A stretch of DNA of 63,679 bases, filler included, from Reclinomonas americana ATCC 50394 (GCA_048213135.1; 19 parts of 19 records of this genome joined end to end with filler, not necessarily neighbours in it); one strand, 5' to 3'. Shown: positions 39,801-53,201, counted from the first letter of the whole stretch. Notes: a model not told the origin generated them from the letters alone. Program-made: numbers and translations.

Positions 39801-41421
39801 TCCGGAGACCGGCAACAAGTATCTCATCACCGCGTGTGACGGCTGCTTCAAGATCTTTGACATTGAGGAGGCTCGGGTGCGTCGTCTACCGCACTTTGTG
39901 AGAGATCAGTTTCTCCAGCTGAGTGAGTGACTCAACAACCTTTTCTCCTTCTTTGCAGTTGCTGCAAGTGTGCGACGCGCCGTACACCGGCAATGCCGAC
40001 TTTGTGCACTTTGTGCATCCGGTCGGGTTGCACGTGGAGCCGCGCCAGTTTGTCATGATTAGTCGCGGCGTGTGCGAGTTTGACGACGACGGGCAGTCCA
40101 CGGCTCCGTCGACGGTGTGCATGCACGTGCTGGGATTGCCGGAAAATGGAGGCGACACGTTTGCGCTGGGTACGGCGCGGACGTTTTCACATCCACTGTT
40201 GCGTGCACTCTAAGAGGGGAAGGGGGTTGTCACAGGAGAAGAAGCTCATTCTGTGTGTGTGCATGTGTGTAGGTACGAGTCGCTATACACGCCTGTGAGA
40301 CCAGCGGTGACTGGGCGATATCTGTTCGCGCCGTCGCAGGGTGGCCGCCTCTTTGTGTGGCGGCTGATGGATGGCAAGTTGATTGGCGTGTGCGATCAGA
40401 ACGAAGGTGCGTGGACGGGAGGAGAGACGGGAATTGAAGAAAGCAGAGAGAGAGAGAGAGGGAGAGAGAGAAAGAGAGAGAGTATCGCGTGATGTGCAGT
40501 GTCTTCACCGTTGCTTTCTTTCTGTATTTTCTCCCTCTTGGCCTTTAACTCACCATTGCGTGCATGCCTGTATGACCGAGATGGAGTCTGTGAGTGAGAG
40601 ATAGAGATGGAGTTCTATAGGAGAGGGAGATATGAGCAGGAGAAGGGAGGAGAAGAAAAAGAGAAAGAGCGAAANNNNNNNNNNNNNNNNNNNNNNNNNN
40701 NNNNNNNNNNNNNNNNNNTTAATTAATTAANNNNNNNNNNNNNNNNNNNNNNNNNNNNNNNNNNNNNNNNNNNNGGGGTTTGTGTCTCGTTTCTGGGCTC
40801 GTCTGTGACATTTGAGTGAATGAGAGACAGAGTGAGAGACAGAGAGAGATGAAGCGAGTGAGTGAGTGTGTCTGTTCATGTTTGTATGATTGGGATGGAG
40901 TTAGTGGGAGAGAAAGAGAAAGTGAGAGTGCGTGTGAGAGAGACTGGTGTCCTTATTTGTTGCCTCTCTCATGTGTTCCACCTGCAGGCCACGACATTCT
41001 CAGCACTCTCGCGCACCCGACGCAAGATCTGGTGTTTGTTGCTGGACACGGTCTGTCTTCAACCCCTTTCTCTGCATTGTGGCCACGAAACTCACTGCCT
41101 GCGCACGCAGAGAGCCGCGTGGTCGTCCTTTCGCCCGATCCATCATCAGCGCCACCGCAGCTGGCACCACCACAACCTCCACCTCCGCAGCCGCAGCAGC
41201 AACCTGCACCGATATTAGCTCTTCCGCCGCTGCCGCCGCCGCCACCACCACCGCCACCACCGCCTCCACCACCACCACAGCCTATGCAGACGTCGCACTT
41301 GCCGTCGTCGTTGCCGCCGCTTCCGTCGGCTCCACTATCCGATCTCATGAACGACGACACGGGAATGGAGGACGAATTCTGGAAACCACCGTCGCCCTCC
41401 AGCGACTTCTTCGACGCATAA
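36877..41421 (+). CDS. HARE-HTH + WD40-repeat protein with Pro-rich tail
   Basis: EAYRALKKARRSLTTLELKERIDQAGRYRFGGSTPINTLAGALS...SPFLLVGQGLHIL fits the HARE-HTH pattern. WD-like exons (HDGAATAMTISPDGQLLAT...VRLY; ITACDGCFKIFD). Basic/acidic N-terminal region. Confidence 0.72.
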
Positions 41422-41544
41422 TGTGACGAGGCACGCCCAAGCAAGCATAGTTGGGGAGAAATGAAATTAGCCATGAAATGTTTGTTACGCGACGTGCAAA
41501 GAAGCCGTGCATTCCATTTCCCCCACGCCGTGATGGCGTTATTC

Positions 41545-42640
41545 TTAGTCGACGGCGACAAAAAGGCCGTTGTAAAGATTGCGGGTGCCTCGTGTTGGGT
41601 TCGACACGATTCCATTGTTGCCTTCGCCGGCCACCAGCATGGTGGAGCTGCCGCCCTGGTCCATCTCCATGGCCACTGTGGCACCGATCAGATCCTTCAT
41701 AAAGTAGGCCATGGGCTTGGCCTCGAGGCCGCATGTGGGGTCGGAGCGATGGCACCCGTCGTGACCATCCGACACCACCATCACCAAGCTCAGGTTGCAG
41801 TTGTTCGGGTCGGGGCACGGTTCTTGGCGAATCAGGCCGACAGCGGTGTTGGACGAGTGCTCCCAGATGTTGACGTTGTGATCGTCAAAGGGGATCTCCA
41901 CCACGGGGACTGTGTGCGCGCCGACTTGTAAGAGCGGAAAGAGAGAGAGAGAGGGAGAGGCAGGAGGGAGGAGGGAGAGGGAGGAGGGAGGAGGGAGGAG
42001 GGAGGAGGGAGGAGGGAGGAGGGAGGAGGGAGGAGGGAGGAGGAGGANNNNNNNNNNNNNNNNNNNNNNNNNNNNNNNNNNNNNNNNNNNNTTAATTAAT
42101 TAANNNNNNNNNNNNNNNNNNNNNNNNNNNNNNNNNNNNNNNNNNNNGGCCGTCAATGATGAGCGCCGTGGGCCGTGCGTATCCCAGGCAGTCGCAGCTG
42201 TGGAGGGGTGCATGAGTAGAGAGGACAAGGATGCGCCGATGGTAAATATTTGTAACTTGCTGGAGAGGAGAGTGCCCTGCAGCGCGGCGGCGGTGAGGAT
42301 AGTGACGTACAAGGAGGGAAGTGGGAGAGAGATGGGACGTAACATTGACCACCATCAGGCCGTCGCCAATACCGTAGTTCGGGTGCTCCGCAGAGGCCTT
42401 TTCCAGCGCCTCGGCGTGCGATTTCAGGAAGCACACGTCGTCGATGAACTGCGCAGCAGGTGAGCAGTGGAAGTGGCGTGGGGAGGTCGCGCGTACACAA
42501 CGCTCTTGGAGTCGACACGCCAAAAGTAGCCGCTGAGGGGAGAGTTAGCAAAGGGTGGAAGGGGGTGGGGCAAGGACAGCAAAGTACCCGTTGACGCCGA
42601 GAACGACATTCGGAATTTGCGTGGACATGTCGGCGAGGTT
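41545..42640 (-). CDS. Phosphodiester glycosidase (NAGPA-like) family protein, partial
   Basis: GVNGGYF, NTAVG, VMVVSDG, AMEMDQGGSSTM and RNLYNGLFV motifs occur in family order. Confidence 0.75.
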
Positions 42641-43119
42641 CTGCGAAGAAGAGATGGGGAAGTGAGAAAGGTTGAGAAGGGGTAGAAGGGAAAGGTACGG
42701 CAGAGAGCGGCGCAAGTCCGAGCAACAGTAGAGAGTGACAGCGTCGCTTGCAGAGCACCAACGACAGAGGAAGGATCTCAAACGAGTCACGGTAGGCAAG
42801 CACGATAACTTTAAACACAATCTCATGAAGTGCAGTACACGCGGAAGCACGAAGTAACAGAGCGAGAGAGAGAGAGAGAGAAAGAGGCAAGCCAACGGAG
42901 CAGAATGTGTTGTCAGTGGATCGCGCACGGCGAACAAAAGCAAGAAATAGAATTGGTTGCAGTCTGTACAAGTCATAACAGGCATGTAAAGGAAACTCGC
43001 GAACCCAGGACCACGACAGAATGACGGACGACGAAGAGACACTCCCCGCTCGAAGAGCAGAGCGCGCACTCCCTGGCAGAACAGCTCCAATTTTTCTACT
43101 CGGCCTCTTCTTCCTCTCA

Positions 43120-43752
43120 CTCTGCAAATCTCTCTCACACTGCTTCCGTTCTCCCTTCACGCTCCAGCAAGTGCTCCCTCTGCACCCCAGTCGCCGTCCT
43201 CTCACTCTGCAAGTCTACTTCCTCCTCTGCTTCTCCCTTCCGCTGCAAGGCTTCTCCCTCAACCCTGCTCCTAGCAAATCTCTCTCACACTGCTTCCGTT
43301 CCCCCTTCGCGCTGCTGCAAACTCTCTCCCTGCAGCTTAGCCACCGTTCTCTCACTCTTTTCTCCCTCCCGCTGCAGGTTATTATCTTCTCGTTTTTTCT
43401 TTCACTTTGCTTCTTAACCTTCTCTCGCTCATGAGTATTCTCCCTTGTCTGCAGGATCTCTCCTGGTACCCAGTTGCCGTCTTCTCACTCAGCAAGTCTG
43501 CTTTCTCCAGTGTGCACCTTCTCCCTTCACCCTTTTTTGTCTTTCACTCGCCTTCCTTCTCATTTACTCTCACTGCACGAGACTTCTCTCTTCACGCTGC
43601 TGCAAAAGCTCTCCCTACAGCTTAGCCACCGTTCACTCACTCTGCAAATCTAATTTCTCCACTATGCAAGTCTATCTCTCACTGTGCCATCTGTTGTCGC
43701 CCGCGAGTCTTCTCCCTTCATGCTGTTGCAAGCGCTTTCCGTGCAGCTTAGC

Positions 43753-43760
<8 letters not shown>
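43120..43760. repeat. Degenerate ~150-bp tandem repeat
   Basis: Recurring GCAAATCTCTCTCACACTGCTTCCGTT and CAGCTTAGCCACCGTTC motifs. Confidence 0.6.
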
Positions 43761-43791
<31 letters not shown>

Positions 43792-44470
43792 CTCCTCCTC
43801 TCTCTCTCTCTCNNNNNNNNNNNNNNNNNNNNNNNNNNNNNNNNNNNNNNNNNNNNTTAATTAATTAANNNNNNNNNNNNNNNNNNNNNNNNNNNNNNNN
43901 NNNNNNNNNNNNCGAGCAGTGCCAGGGTGACGATCAGCACGCGCAGAGACATTGTCGAGAGAGAGAGAGAGGACACTGTGACATTCATGGCGACTTCGGA
44001 AGCAGACAGAGACAGAAGCAAGTCAAGACACACTTATAATGCAACAGAGGACTTTACAGGCGAGCTCCTCACGACTGCAAAGTCAACAGAGAACGAGGAA
44101 ACGCCCCAACTTCGCGGTCGAATGCTCTAGCATTGCGACTTTTCTACTGTTCCACTCACTTCCACACTCAACCACACTGCCTCACAGACATAACGAGCTC
44201 AGCTGAGCCTCCCAATACAAGTTGCAGAAGCACACTCGAGATCAGCACATTCCATTGCATGCATGTTCTGCACTTGAGGAGTTCATGATCGCAGCAAGCT
44301 TACTAGCCTCCCTAAAGCTTGCCTTGCTTGAACCAGAGAGTCGAGCCTGCAAGTTGACGGTCATCTTGATGGTACACTGACGCTTCGGGGGCGCAGACAG
44401 GAAAAGCGAGAGACATGAGCAAGCACAAAAAAGAAAGAAAGGAGAGACACGGGCGCACACACGGGGCGGA

Positions 44471-44820
44471 TTACAGTGTCGAGCTTGTTGGCGTCGACGG
44501 GGTAGTGGTGCTTGAGCGGCTGCCGGTGGGTCCGTTGGTGGTGCCTGGCGAGAGGAGGAGAGCTCGGCGTCTCTCAATGGCCTGGTTTTGGCGGCGCCAC
44601 TCGGCTTCCTCTCGTTCGTGGCCGGCTTGCTCCAGGCGGTAGACGCCGCGCAGGCGAGGGGAGGCGGGGGAGGTCGGTGAGGAGGGGGAGGCGCGTGATC
44701 TGCGAGTGGGCAAAGGGTGAGAAGCGGCGATGAAGGGGGGGGGTGGGGAGGGTGAAGTGCAACGCAACTCGTTGAGCAACTTGACGCGCTCCTCGTTGCG
44801 CTGGTGGCGCACTCCGCGAG
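44471..44820 (-). CDS. 3' exons of a small unknown protein
   Basis: ARGVRHQRNEERVKLLNE / SRASPSSP...EQAGHEREEAEWRRQNQAIERRR, with a probable GTTGCG intron at 44768. Confidence 0.4.
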
Positions 44821-45423
44821 CTGCAATAGAAAGATGAGGAACGAGGAAGAGCGACGACCTGAAAAGGACCACGCATCGCGGAGAGAGACAGACGGAACAT
44901 GGTGCAGAGGACTCGAGAGTGCAGGAAAGCGAGACGCAGGATTATCGCGTCATCACGGAATACCACTGGCAGAGCGCCGTGCAGTGGGCAAGAGAGGAGA
45001 AGGGCCACATCGCGCACAATGGAAAGACAGTGTCGCAGTGGAGAGCGATAGGCATAGCGCCGTGGAGTGGGAGAGAGGAGAAGGACCAATGGAAAGCACA
45101 GTGTCGCAGTGGAGAGCACAGAGCGTCGTGCAGGAGGAAAGAGAGGAGTAGGACAACATCACCAATAACCGGAAGCGCAATGCTGCGTCGTAGAAAGCAG
45201 CAGACTGCGCGTTGTGCAACGCGAAAGAGAAAGAAAGGGCCAGAGTGCAGGAAAGCGAGGCAAGAACCTCATCGTGAACTAAGACACGCTGACTCAAGTG
45301 ACGGCACAGCAGCAATTGACCGCAATGGTCAATCCTCGCTCCTCTCACTGCCTGTTTGACTCTTCCTCTCTCTCTCTCTCTCAAGTGCACTCGGCTCGCA
45401 TCTTCCTTGTTCTGTTCTCTGGT

Positions 45424-45487
<64 letters not shown>

Positions 45488-45587
45488 NNNNNNNNNNNNN
45501 NNNNNNNNNNNNNNNNNNNNNNNNNNNNNNNTTAATTAATTAANNNNNNNNNNNNNNNNNNNNNNNNNNNNNNNNNNNNNNNNNNNN

Positions 45588-45683
<96 letters not shown>

Positions 45684-46411
45684 ACACTCTCTCTCCCTCA
45701 CTCACTCCCTCACTCCCTCACTCACTCACTCACTCACTCACTCTCTCTCTCTCTCACTCTCTTTCTCACTCTCTCTCTCTCCCTCACTCACTCCCTCCCT
45801 CACTCACTCACTCACTCACTCACTCACTCACTCACTCACTCACTCACACACTCTCTCTCACACACACACACTCACACTCATTCACTCACATACACACACC
45901 CTTCTCTCTTGCTCTTCTTCCTTCACTGCACTCCTCTCCTTCTCTCCCTCTTCTCTCTCTCTCTCTCTCTCACTCACAAGACACGACGCGGAGGCGCCAA
46001 GTTGCCATCCGCATCCAGCGGATAGATGAGCTTGCCCTGCTGATGCACTTGCTGCACAGAGCCGCGCTTGCGTGTCTGAGTGTATGGAGAGGTGAAGGCC
46101 GGGGTTGCCATTGCTCTTTCAATGTCTCGATTGATATTGATGCAATGACAGAGAGAGCCGCGCGCGCGAAGTCGACGTTTTGTAATTCTTGCAAACCAGT
46201 GAGTGGGAGGGTAAGCACTGCTCGTAAGCCTCCTCTATTATCTTCCTGCACTCTCGTCTTTTCGCCCTTGCATGCCTCTGTTATGAACGATCGCCAATTG
46301 TGAATCGATCTCGCGATCGATGTTTTGTAATCACCCTTCGCCCGGGCCCTCGACCCTTCACCCTCGGACCCTTTCCACCCTTCCCTAACTCCCCCGTCTT
46401 TCATTCTTTTT

Positions 46412-47518
46412 TCAAAATCCCACATCGTCTGCCACAATGCTGCGTCGGTACACCTGCACCTCGGCCTCTTCGACAATGAAGCACCGCAGCACGATCTCCG
46501 CCAGGCAACAATCGTTCTCCTCCCCCTCCTCCTGCGTGGCCACCACCGCTTGCACCTCGTGAACCGCGCGCAACGCCACCTGCGCCACGCTGAGCTCCCT
46601 TGTGGCCATGCCGCACTGTGTTGACCACACACGCACAGACGCATCGTTGCACGCCGCGGCAATGTGCTGCCCGTCCACGCTCACCGCCACGGCACACACA
46701 TCGCGCACGCCGTCCACGTCAAACTGGCGCACTTGTCGGCCACTGGCGGGCGACCACAGGCGAACGGTGCCGTCCATGCTGCCGCTCACAATCAGCCGCT
46801 CGCCCTGCACCGGCAACAGCGCCACTGCGTACACGAGGCTGCCGTGACCTTCGATTCGCTGCACCTGCTCTCCACTGGCCAGCGAATACAAGCGCACAGT
46901 GCGGTCTTGCCCGCCCGCCACCACCACCTCATTGGTGACCGCCACCGACCAAATGCCATTCACCGGTCCCTTGAACGAGCGCACATGCGCGCCATTGACC
47001 AGCGACCACACACGAATGGTCTCGTCCCAGCTGGCCGACACCACGTGCGCTCCATCGGGTGTCAGCGCCACCGACATGGCCGACTCGGTGTGCGATGCGA
47101 ATCGATACACCATGGCACCACTCTCCGCTCGCCACACGCGCACTGTGCGATCTGCACTCCCCGACACCACCCACTCTCCATCTCCGCTCACGGCCACACA
47201 CCGTACCATCTCCGCATGCCCCACCAATCGTCGCAACAACTTGTACTCTTTCCACAAGCACACTGCGGCGTCCTTGCCGCCACTGACAATCATCGAGTCG
47301 GCGGGTGCGACTGCCACTGCGTACACTGCGCCTGTGTGTCCACCCTCCTCCAGCACGTGCTCCAGTCGGTCGGTGAGCAGAGACCACACACGCACACGGG
47401 CGTCGTCGCAGGCGGCGACAATGTGCTGCCCGTCGGGCGTGCAGGCCACAGAGTGCACTGTGTCGCAGGGAGCACGGAAGATTCGCTTGAAGGGTGAGGG
47501 AGGAGGCGGGTTACTCAT
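46412..47518 (-). CDS. Intronless WD40 propeller protein with conserved C-terminal helical segment
   Basis: 368-aa ORF with about 7 GH...SVA...VSGS.D.TVRVW repeats; the C-terminus is shared with 62432-63545. Confidence 0.88.
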   Translation of the reverse strand: MSNPPPPSPFKRIFRAPCDTVHSVACTPDGQHIVAACDDARVRVWSLLTDRLEHVLEEGGHTGAVYAVAVAPADSMIVSGGKDAAVCLWKEYKLLRRLVGHAEMVRCVAVSGDGEWVVSGSADRTVRVWRAESGAMVYRFASHTESAMSVALTPDGAHVVSASWDETIRVWSLVNGAHVRSFKGPVNGIWSVAVTNEVVVAGGQDRTVRLYSLASGEQVQRIEGHGSLVYAVALLPVQGERLIVSGSMDGTVRLWSPASGRQVRQFDVDGVRDVCAVAVSVDGQHIAAACNDASVRVWSTQCGMATRELSVAQVALRAVHEVQAVVATQEEGEENDCCLAEIVLRCFIVEEAEVQVYRRSIVADDVGF

Positions 47519-48183
47519 TCGTGTGTGAGAGAGAAAGTGTGTGTGTGCTCGCTAGTGGAAATTCGCTGATATCGAAAACGAATTACCAATATGTCGAAGC
47601 CGCTGAAAAAAAACGAATGCTTGAACCTTGGAGTCATGTGGAAAGGACACTGGCTGTAGAATGCCCGGCGAGAAAGCTGCCGGACTCAGAAACAATAACT
47701 GTAGTTCAATCGACAAATTTGAACGACTGCGTTTTTTGGCCTCGTGTAATTGTATCATCACATACGACCAAGCAGATGGGTTGCTCACTGTGCTGTGTAA
47801 GCACTTACTGACCGTGGACTGTCGATGAGTTGGCTTTGCGGGGAAAACGCAGTGTCGATGTTCAGATTGCAATTGTTCGAGATCAGTCTGCAGCCAGTTT
47901 CAAGGAGAGGCAGCGGCGCATATCTAGCGAGCAGAGGTATCAAGTGATGTTTGCGTCCTTTGATGCTGGTGACCGTTGCACGCTGCAGGAAAAGCTGATA
48001 CTGGACGCGACGTCGACAACGCGAAGTTAATAGTTGAGGATCGCGGAGGCTACACTAGAGGCAGTCTCACGTAGGCGAGTGCCAAGGACGGCCTTCGGCA
48101 ATCAGGCTCCGGGAAAACAAATGCCTCGAAGCAGAAAAGAAAGAACTTCGATGTCCAGGACAACCAGTTCTCTGTGTGGCGCG

Positions 48184-51100
48184 ATGACGAGCGCGGGAGA
48201 CGATGATGACTTTGCAGACTTTGCAGCGTATGAGGGAGCTGTAGTGCCTACGGGTGAGCGAGTGTGAGTGTGTGTGAGGAGAGTGTGTGACATGTCTGAC
48301 TGGTGTGTGTGTGAGCTCAGGTGTGCCGCCTGTGGTGCCTGCAGCAGAGGATGATTTTGATGAGTTTCTGTCACATGTGGCGACGAAAGGTGAGAGAGAC
48401 AATGTGTGAGAGAGAGAGAGTGAGAAAGAGTGAGAGAGAGAATGAGCGAGCGCGTGAGTGAGTTGCTGCGTGGCCGACTCGTTGTGCGCTCTGTGTGTGG
48501 AGAAGAGATGGAGAGCGACGCGACCATGTGCGTGAGAGAGATCAAAGAAGTGCAAATTGGTTCAACTTTAATGCTGATCTGCGTGCGACAGTGCCTTCTG
48601 CGTTGGTGGCGTCGATTGCCGCNNNNNNNNNNNNNNNNNNNNNNNNNNNNNNNNNNNNNNNNNNNNTTAATTAATTAANNNNNNNNNNNNNNNNNNNNNN
48701 NNNNNNNNNNNNNNNNNNNNNNCCAGCACCACCTGTTGTGCCAGTGGCTTCACCACAGAAGCCGGTCGCCGTTGCCTCTCCAGAAACTGGTGCAGTACCT
48801 GCTGCTGCTCCTATTGTTGCTGGCGTTGATGATGACGAGTTTGCGGAGTTCGAATCGGTGCCGGTGCAGTCGGACTCGCCCGTGGCCCTGTTGGATGCCG
48901 ACGATGTGCAAGACGCGTTCACCCCGCAAGTCACTGCGCCAGTGATTATTCCACCTCCTCCAGCAACAGCAGTGGCGCCTGTGGCAGCGCCAGTCGTCTC
49001 TACTGCTCCAAGTCACGCTATTGTTGCCGATGATGACGAATTTGCTGAGTTCGAATCAGTACCCGTGCAGTCGGACTCGCCAGTGGCGCTGTTGGACGAC
49101 GATGACGATGTGGTGAAGCCGGCTGCGCCTGTTGCTGTGCCACCAGTGTCACCACCGAAGCCTGTCGCCGCTGTCGCCTTGCCAGTTGCCGCTCCAGCAC
49201 CGCCCATTGTGCAAGTGGCTTCACCACAGAAGCCTGTCGCTGCCGTCGCCTCTGCAGTCGCTGCTGCAGCACCACCTGTCGTCCCCCCAGCTTCACCACC
49301 GAAGCCTGTCGCTGCCGCTGCCTCGCCGATCGCTGCGGCTGCACCTGCTGCCGCTGTTGTTGCTGGCGTTGACGACGACGACGAGTTTGCGGAGTTCGAA
49401 TCGGTGCCGGTGCAGTCGGACTCGCCCGTGGCGTTGCTGGACGACGATGACGATGTGGTGAAGCCGGCGGCTGTTGCTGTGCCTCCGGCGTCGCCACCGA
49501 AGCCTGTCGCCGCTGTCGCCTCGCCAGTTTCCGCTGCTGCTGCAGCACCTGCGGTGCCTCCAGTGTCACCACCGAAGCCTGTCCCTGCCGTCGCCTCTCC
49601 AGTCGCTGCTGCAGCACCACCTGTCGTCCCCCCAGCTTCACCACCGAAGCCTGTCGCCGCCGCTGCCTCGCCAGTTGCTGCTGCACCACCTGTTGACCCT
49701 TCAGTATCGCCTCCGAAGCCTGTCGCCGCCGCCTTGCCAGTCGCTGCTGCAGCATCACCTGTTGTGCAGGTGGCTTCACCACCGAAGCCTGTCGCCGCCG
49801 TCGCCTCTGCAGTCGCTGCTGCAGCACCACCTGTTGACCCTCCAGTATCGCCTCCGAAGCCTGTCGCCGCCGCCTTGCCAGTCGCTGCTGCAGCACCACC
49901 TGTTGTGCAGGTGGCTTCACCACCGAAGCCTGTCGCCGCCGTCGCCTCTGCAGTCGCTGCTGCAGCACTACCTGTTGACCCTCCAGTATCGCCTCCGAAG
50001 CCTGCCGCTGCCGCTGCCTCGCCGGTCGCTGCGGCTGCACCTGCTGCCGCTGTTGTTGCTGGCGTTGACGATGATGACGAGTTTGCGGAGTTCGAATCGG
50101 TGCCGGTGCAGGCGGACTCGCCAGTAGCGCTGTTGGACGACGATGACGATGTGGTGAAGCCGGCGGCTCTTGCTGTGCCACCCGTATCACCACCGAAGCC
50201 TGTTGCTGCTGCTGCACCTCCTGTTATCCCCCCAGCTTCACCACCGAAGCCTGTCGCCGTCGCTGCCTCGCCAGTCGCTGCTGCACCACCACCTGTTGTC
50301 CCTCCAGTATCTCCACCGAAGCCTCTCGCTGCCGCTGCCGCTGCCTCGCCTGTCGCTGCGGCTGTGCCTGCTGCCGCTGTTGTTGCTGGCGTTGACGACG
50401 ACGACGAGTTTGCGGAGTTCGAATCGGTACCCGTGCAGTCGGACTCGCCCGTGGCCCTGTTGGATGACGACGATGTGCAAGACGCCTTTACTCCGCAAGT
50501 CACTGCGCCAGTGATTATTCCACCTCCTCCAGCAAAAGCATTGGCACATGTGTCCGCGCCAGTCGTCTCTACTGCACCAATTCACGCTGTTGACGATGAT
50601 GACGAATTTGCCGATTTCGAATCAGTACCTGTCCAGTCGGACTCGCCAGTGGCGCTGTTGGATGATGATGACGATGTGATGAAGCCGGCTGCGCATGTTG
50701 CTGTGCCACCTGTGTCGCCACCGAAGCCTGTCGCCGCTGTTATCTCTCCAGTTTCCGCTGCGGCCTCACCTGTTGTGCCTGTGGCGTCGCCGAAGCCGGT
50801 TGCCGCTGTCGTTTCTCCAGTCGCTGCCGCAGCACCAGTTATACAAGTGGCTTCACCGCCGAAGCCTGTCGCCGCCGCTGCCTCGCAAGTCGCTGCTGTG
50901 ACCGCTGTTACCGTTGTTGCTGGGGTGGATGACGATGACGAATTTGCTGAGTTCGAATCGGTTCCGGTGCAGTCGGACTCGCCCGTGGCGCTGTTGGATG
51001 ACGATGACGATGTGCAAGACGCCTTCACCCCTCAAGTCACTGAGTCGATGGCCATTCCACCGCCCCCTGCATCCATCGTGGCGCCTGTGCCCGCACCAGT

Positions 51101-53201
51101 CGTCTCCTCTGCTCCAAGTCACGCTGTTGTTGACGATGACGACGAGTTTGCCGATTTTGAGTCAGCGGCTGTCCAGTCAGAGTCACCGATTGCGTTGCTC
51201 GACGACGACGATGATGGTTCGCGGCCATCTGCGACGAGAACTGCCACTGGTGCCGTGAGCTCGGCATCAACCGTTGCCGTTTCCAACAACAATGTGGACG
51301 ACGACGACGATGAGGAGGAGGAGTTTGCTGACTTTGAATCGGCACCAGTGCAGTCGGAGTCGCCGATTGCTCTGTTGGACGACGACATCGCATTTTCGCC
51401 GCCTGTTGTGACAGCGGTGTCAACAGCGCCCGTGCCCGCGCCCGTCGTGGCAGTTGCTGCAGTTGAGGAGGAGGACGATGAGTTTGCCGATTTCGAGAGC
51501 GCCACCGTGGAGCCGCCAGCCGCCGTGGCAGTGACAGCCACCGCTGCCGCTGCTGCTACAGTGGACGATTTCGAGTTTGACGAGGCCGAATTCCACAGTG
51601 CGCCGCCGTCGACGGCTGCAGCCGCCGAGAGTTGCGACCCGTTCATCGCCGTTTGCATCACATTTGCAAAAGTGTCACTGACCGTCATAATTATCCGCAG
51701 TTCCACCTCCGCCTCCCTTGGCCCCCATCACTGTCCCACCGCCGCCTTCCACGTCGCTACAGCCTCCGCGACCCGCCTCACTGCTGGGAGTGAGCGATGT
51801 GCAGGCGAGCGAGGTCTTTGGCTCCTCGCTCAGTCAGCGCATGTGGGAACAAGTCACCAGTCAGTGGTTCGGCACACAGTCGGCCCTGCTTGGCCGCGCT
51901 CCGCCAGCTGTCGTCGACACCTCGCTCTCGACCTTGGTGGATCCGCGTGCGGGAGGGTTCGTACGGGGTGCAGGAGATTCACACGTGCTCGGTAGTCAGT
52001 CACTCACACACTCGCGTACAGTGGGAAACTCGTGTTTGATCGCATCTTGCGTGACTTTTTGGATCCGTTCTACACGCGCTTCAACTTTGTCGTTGCGTCA
52101 GAGTCCACTCGCGCATCACTGCCTTTCTCGTTCTCACTGCTGCTGCTGCAGCCGTCGCCCACGTTGCACGGTGGCGAGTTTACGATGCCTGCCGGTGCCA
52201 ACACACCACCGCAGTCTCCGTCACCACCTCGGCTAAATGCCGCTCCTGGAGGCTCCCGCTCGCCACCTCAGTCGCCTGAAGGTTTGCCGTGGCTGCGTCT
52301 CCTCGTACTTGTGTATGGGAAGTGGTTCTCACTTCATCTTGTGCATCCCCCAGTGGCCGTGGAACCTCTCTCCTCGCTGATTGGAGCGCCGGCTGTGCCC
52401 GCCGATACTGTGGTTGCCTGGCGCAGCCTGTCGCCGCCCGCCACCGTATCCGTCACCGTAGCTCAACCTCGTCCACAAGTTGCCTCGCCGCCACCATCAT
52501 CGCCACCACCACCACCAGCAGCTATCGTCCCCGCCGCTGCCGTGCACCAGCATGCGCCAGTGACTGCTGTCGTTTCCTCATACGATGACGACGAGGAGAA
52601 TGGTGAGGCAGAGTGGTCTGCATTTACGGAGGCCACTCCACCTGTGCCTCCTCCTCCTCCTGCTGCTGCGATGGCGGTTGTAGCACCCCAGTCGCCTCCC
52701 CGCGCGCTGTTCTCGTCGCCACCAAAACAGCAGCAAGCCGCGCCCGTCCCTGCCGCCGCGCCCGTCAAACCCATGGACGACGACGACTTTTTTGGTTTCA
52801 TGTCGGCCCCGAAGGCAGCCGGTGCAGTCTCACAACCAGTGCCATCACCAGCGCCATCACTACCTGCTGCGTTCGACACCAGCGCCATGTTTGGCGTAAC
52901 GGCACACCCACCGCCACAGCATCAACAACAGTACAGCCACAACGACGACGACGATCCATTTGGTTTCGGTGGTCCGCGACGAGCAACAGTTCAACCTCCT
53001 CCTCCTCCTCCTCCTCCACCTGCACCAGTACCACCACCACAACCCGCGGCAGTGGCCCCTGCGACTGGAGCGCTGGCTGAAGTGCTGGCGCACAGTCGAC
53101 CGCTCGTGCATCGCATGAATCTGCCACATGCCGCTGTGTCGGCGGCGGTGGCGGGCGAAGTAAGGCAGTTGTTGTCGGCTCGCTTGCAGGGACTGACATG
53201 A
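48184..53201 (+). CDS. Aftiphilin/gamma-synergin-like adaptor-binding protein with tandem DDDEFA(E/D)FES motifs
   Basis: Ten EFA(E/D)FES repeats in P/A/V-rich spacers, N-terminal DDFADF, and EWSAF and DPF motifs. Phase-consistent exons run to TGA at 53201. Confidence 0.6.

Noticed and set aside
45420..45970. (CT)n/(CTCA)n tract as a functional element
   Set aside because: Ordinary microsatellite of the type that flanks most gaps and fills introns in this window.
49013..50503. Long antisense Gly/Ala/Thr ORFs (also 5187-6029 and 12015-12713)
   Set aside because: Shadow frames of GC-rich repetitive coding sequence.
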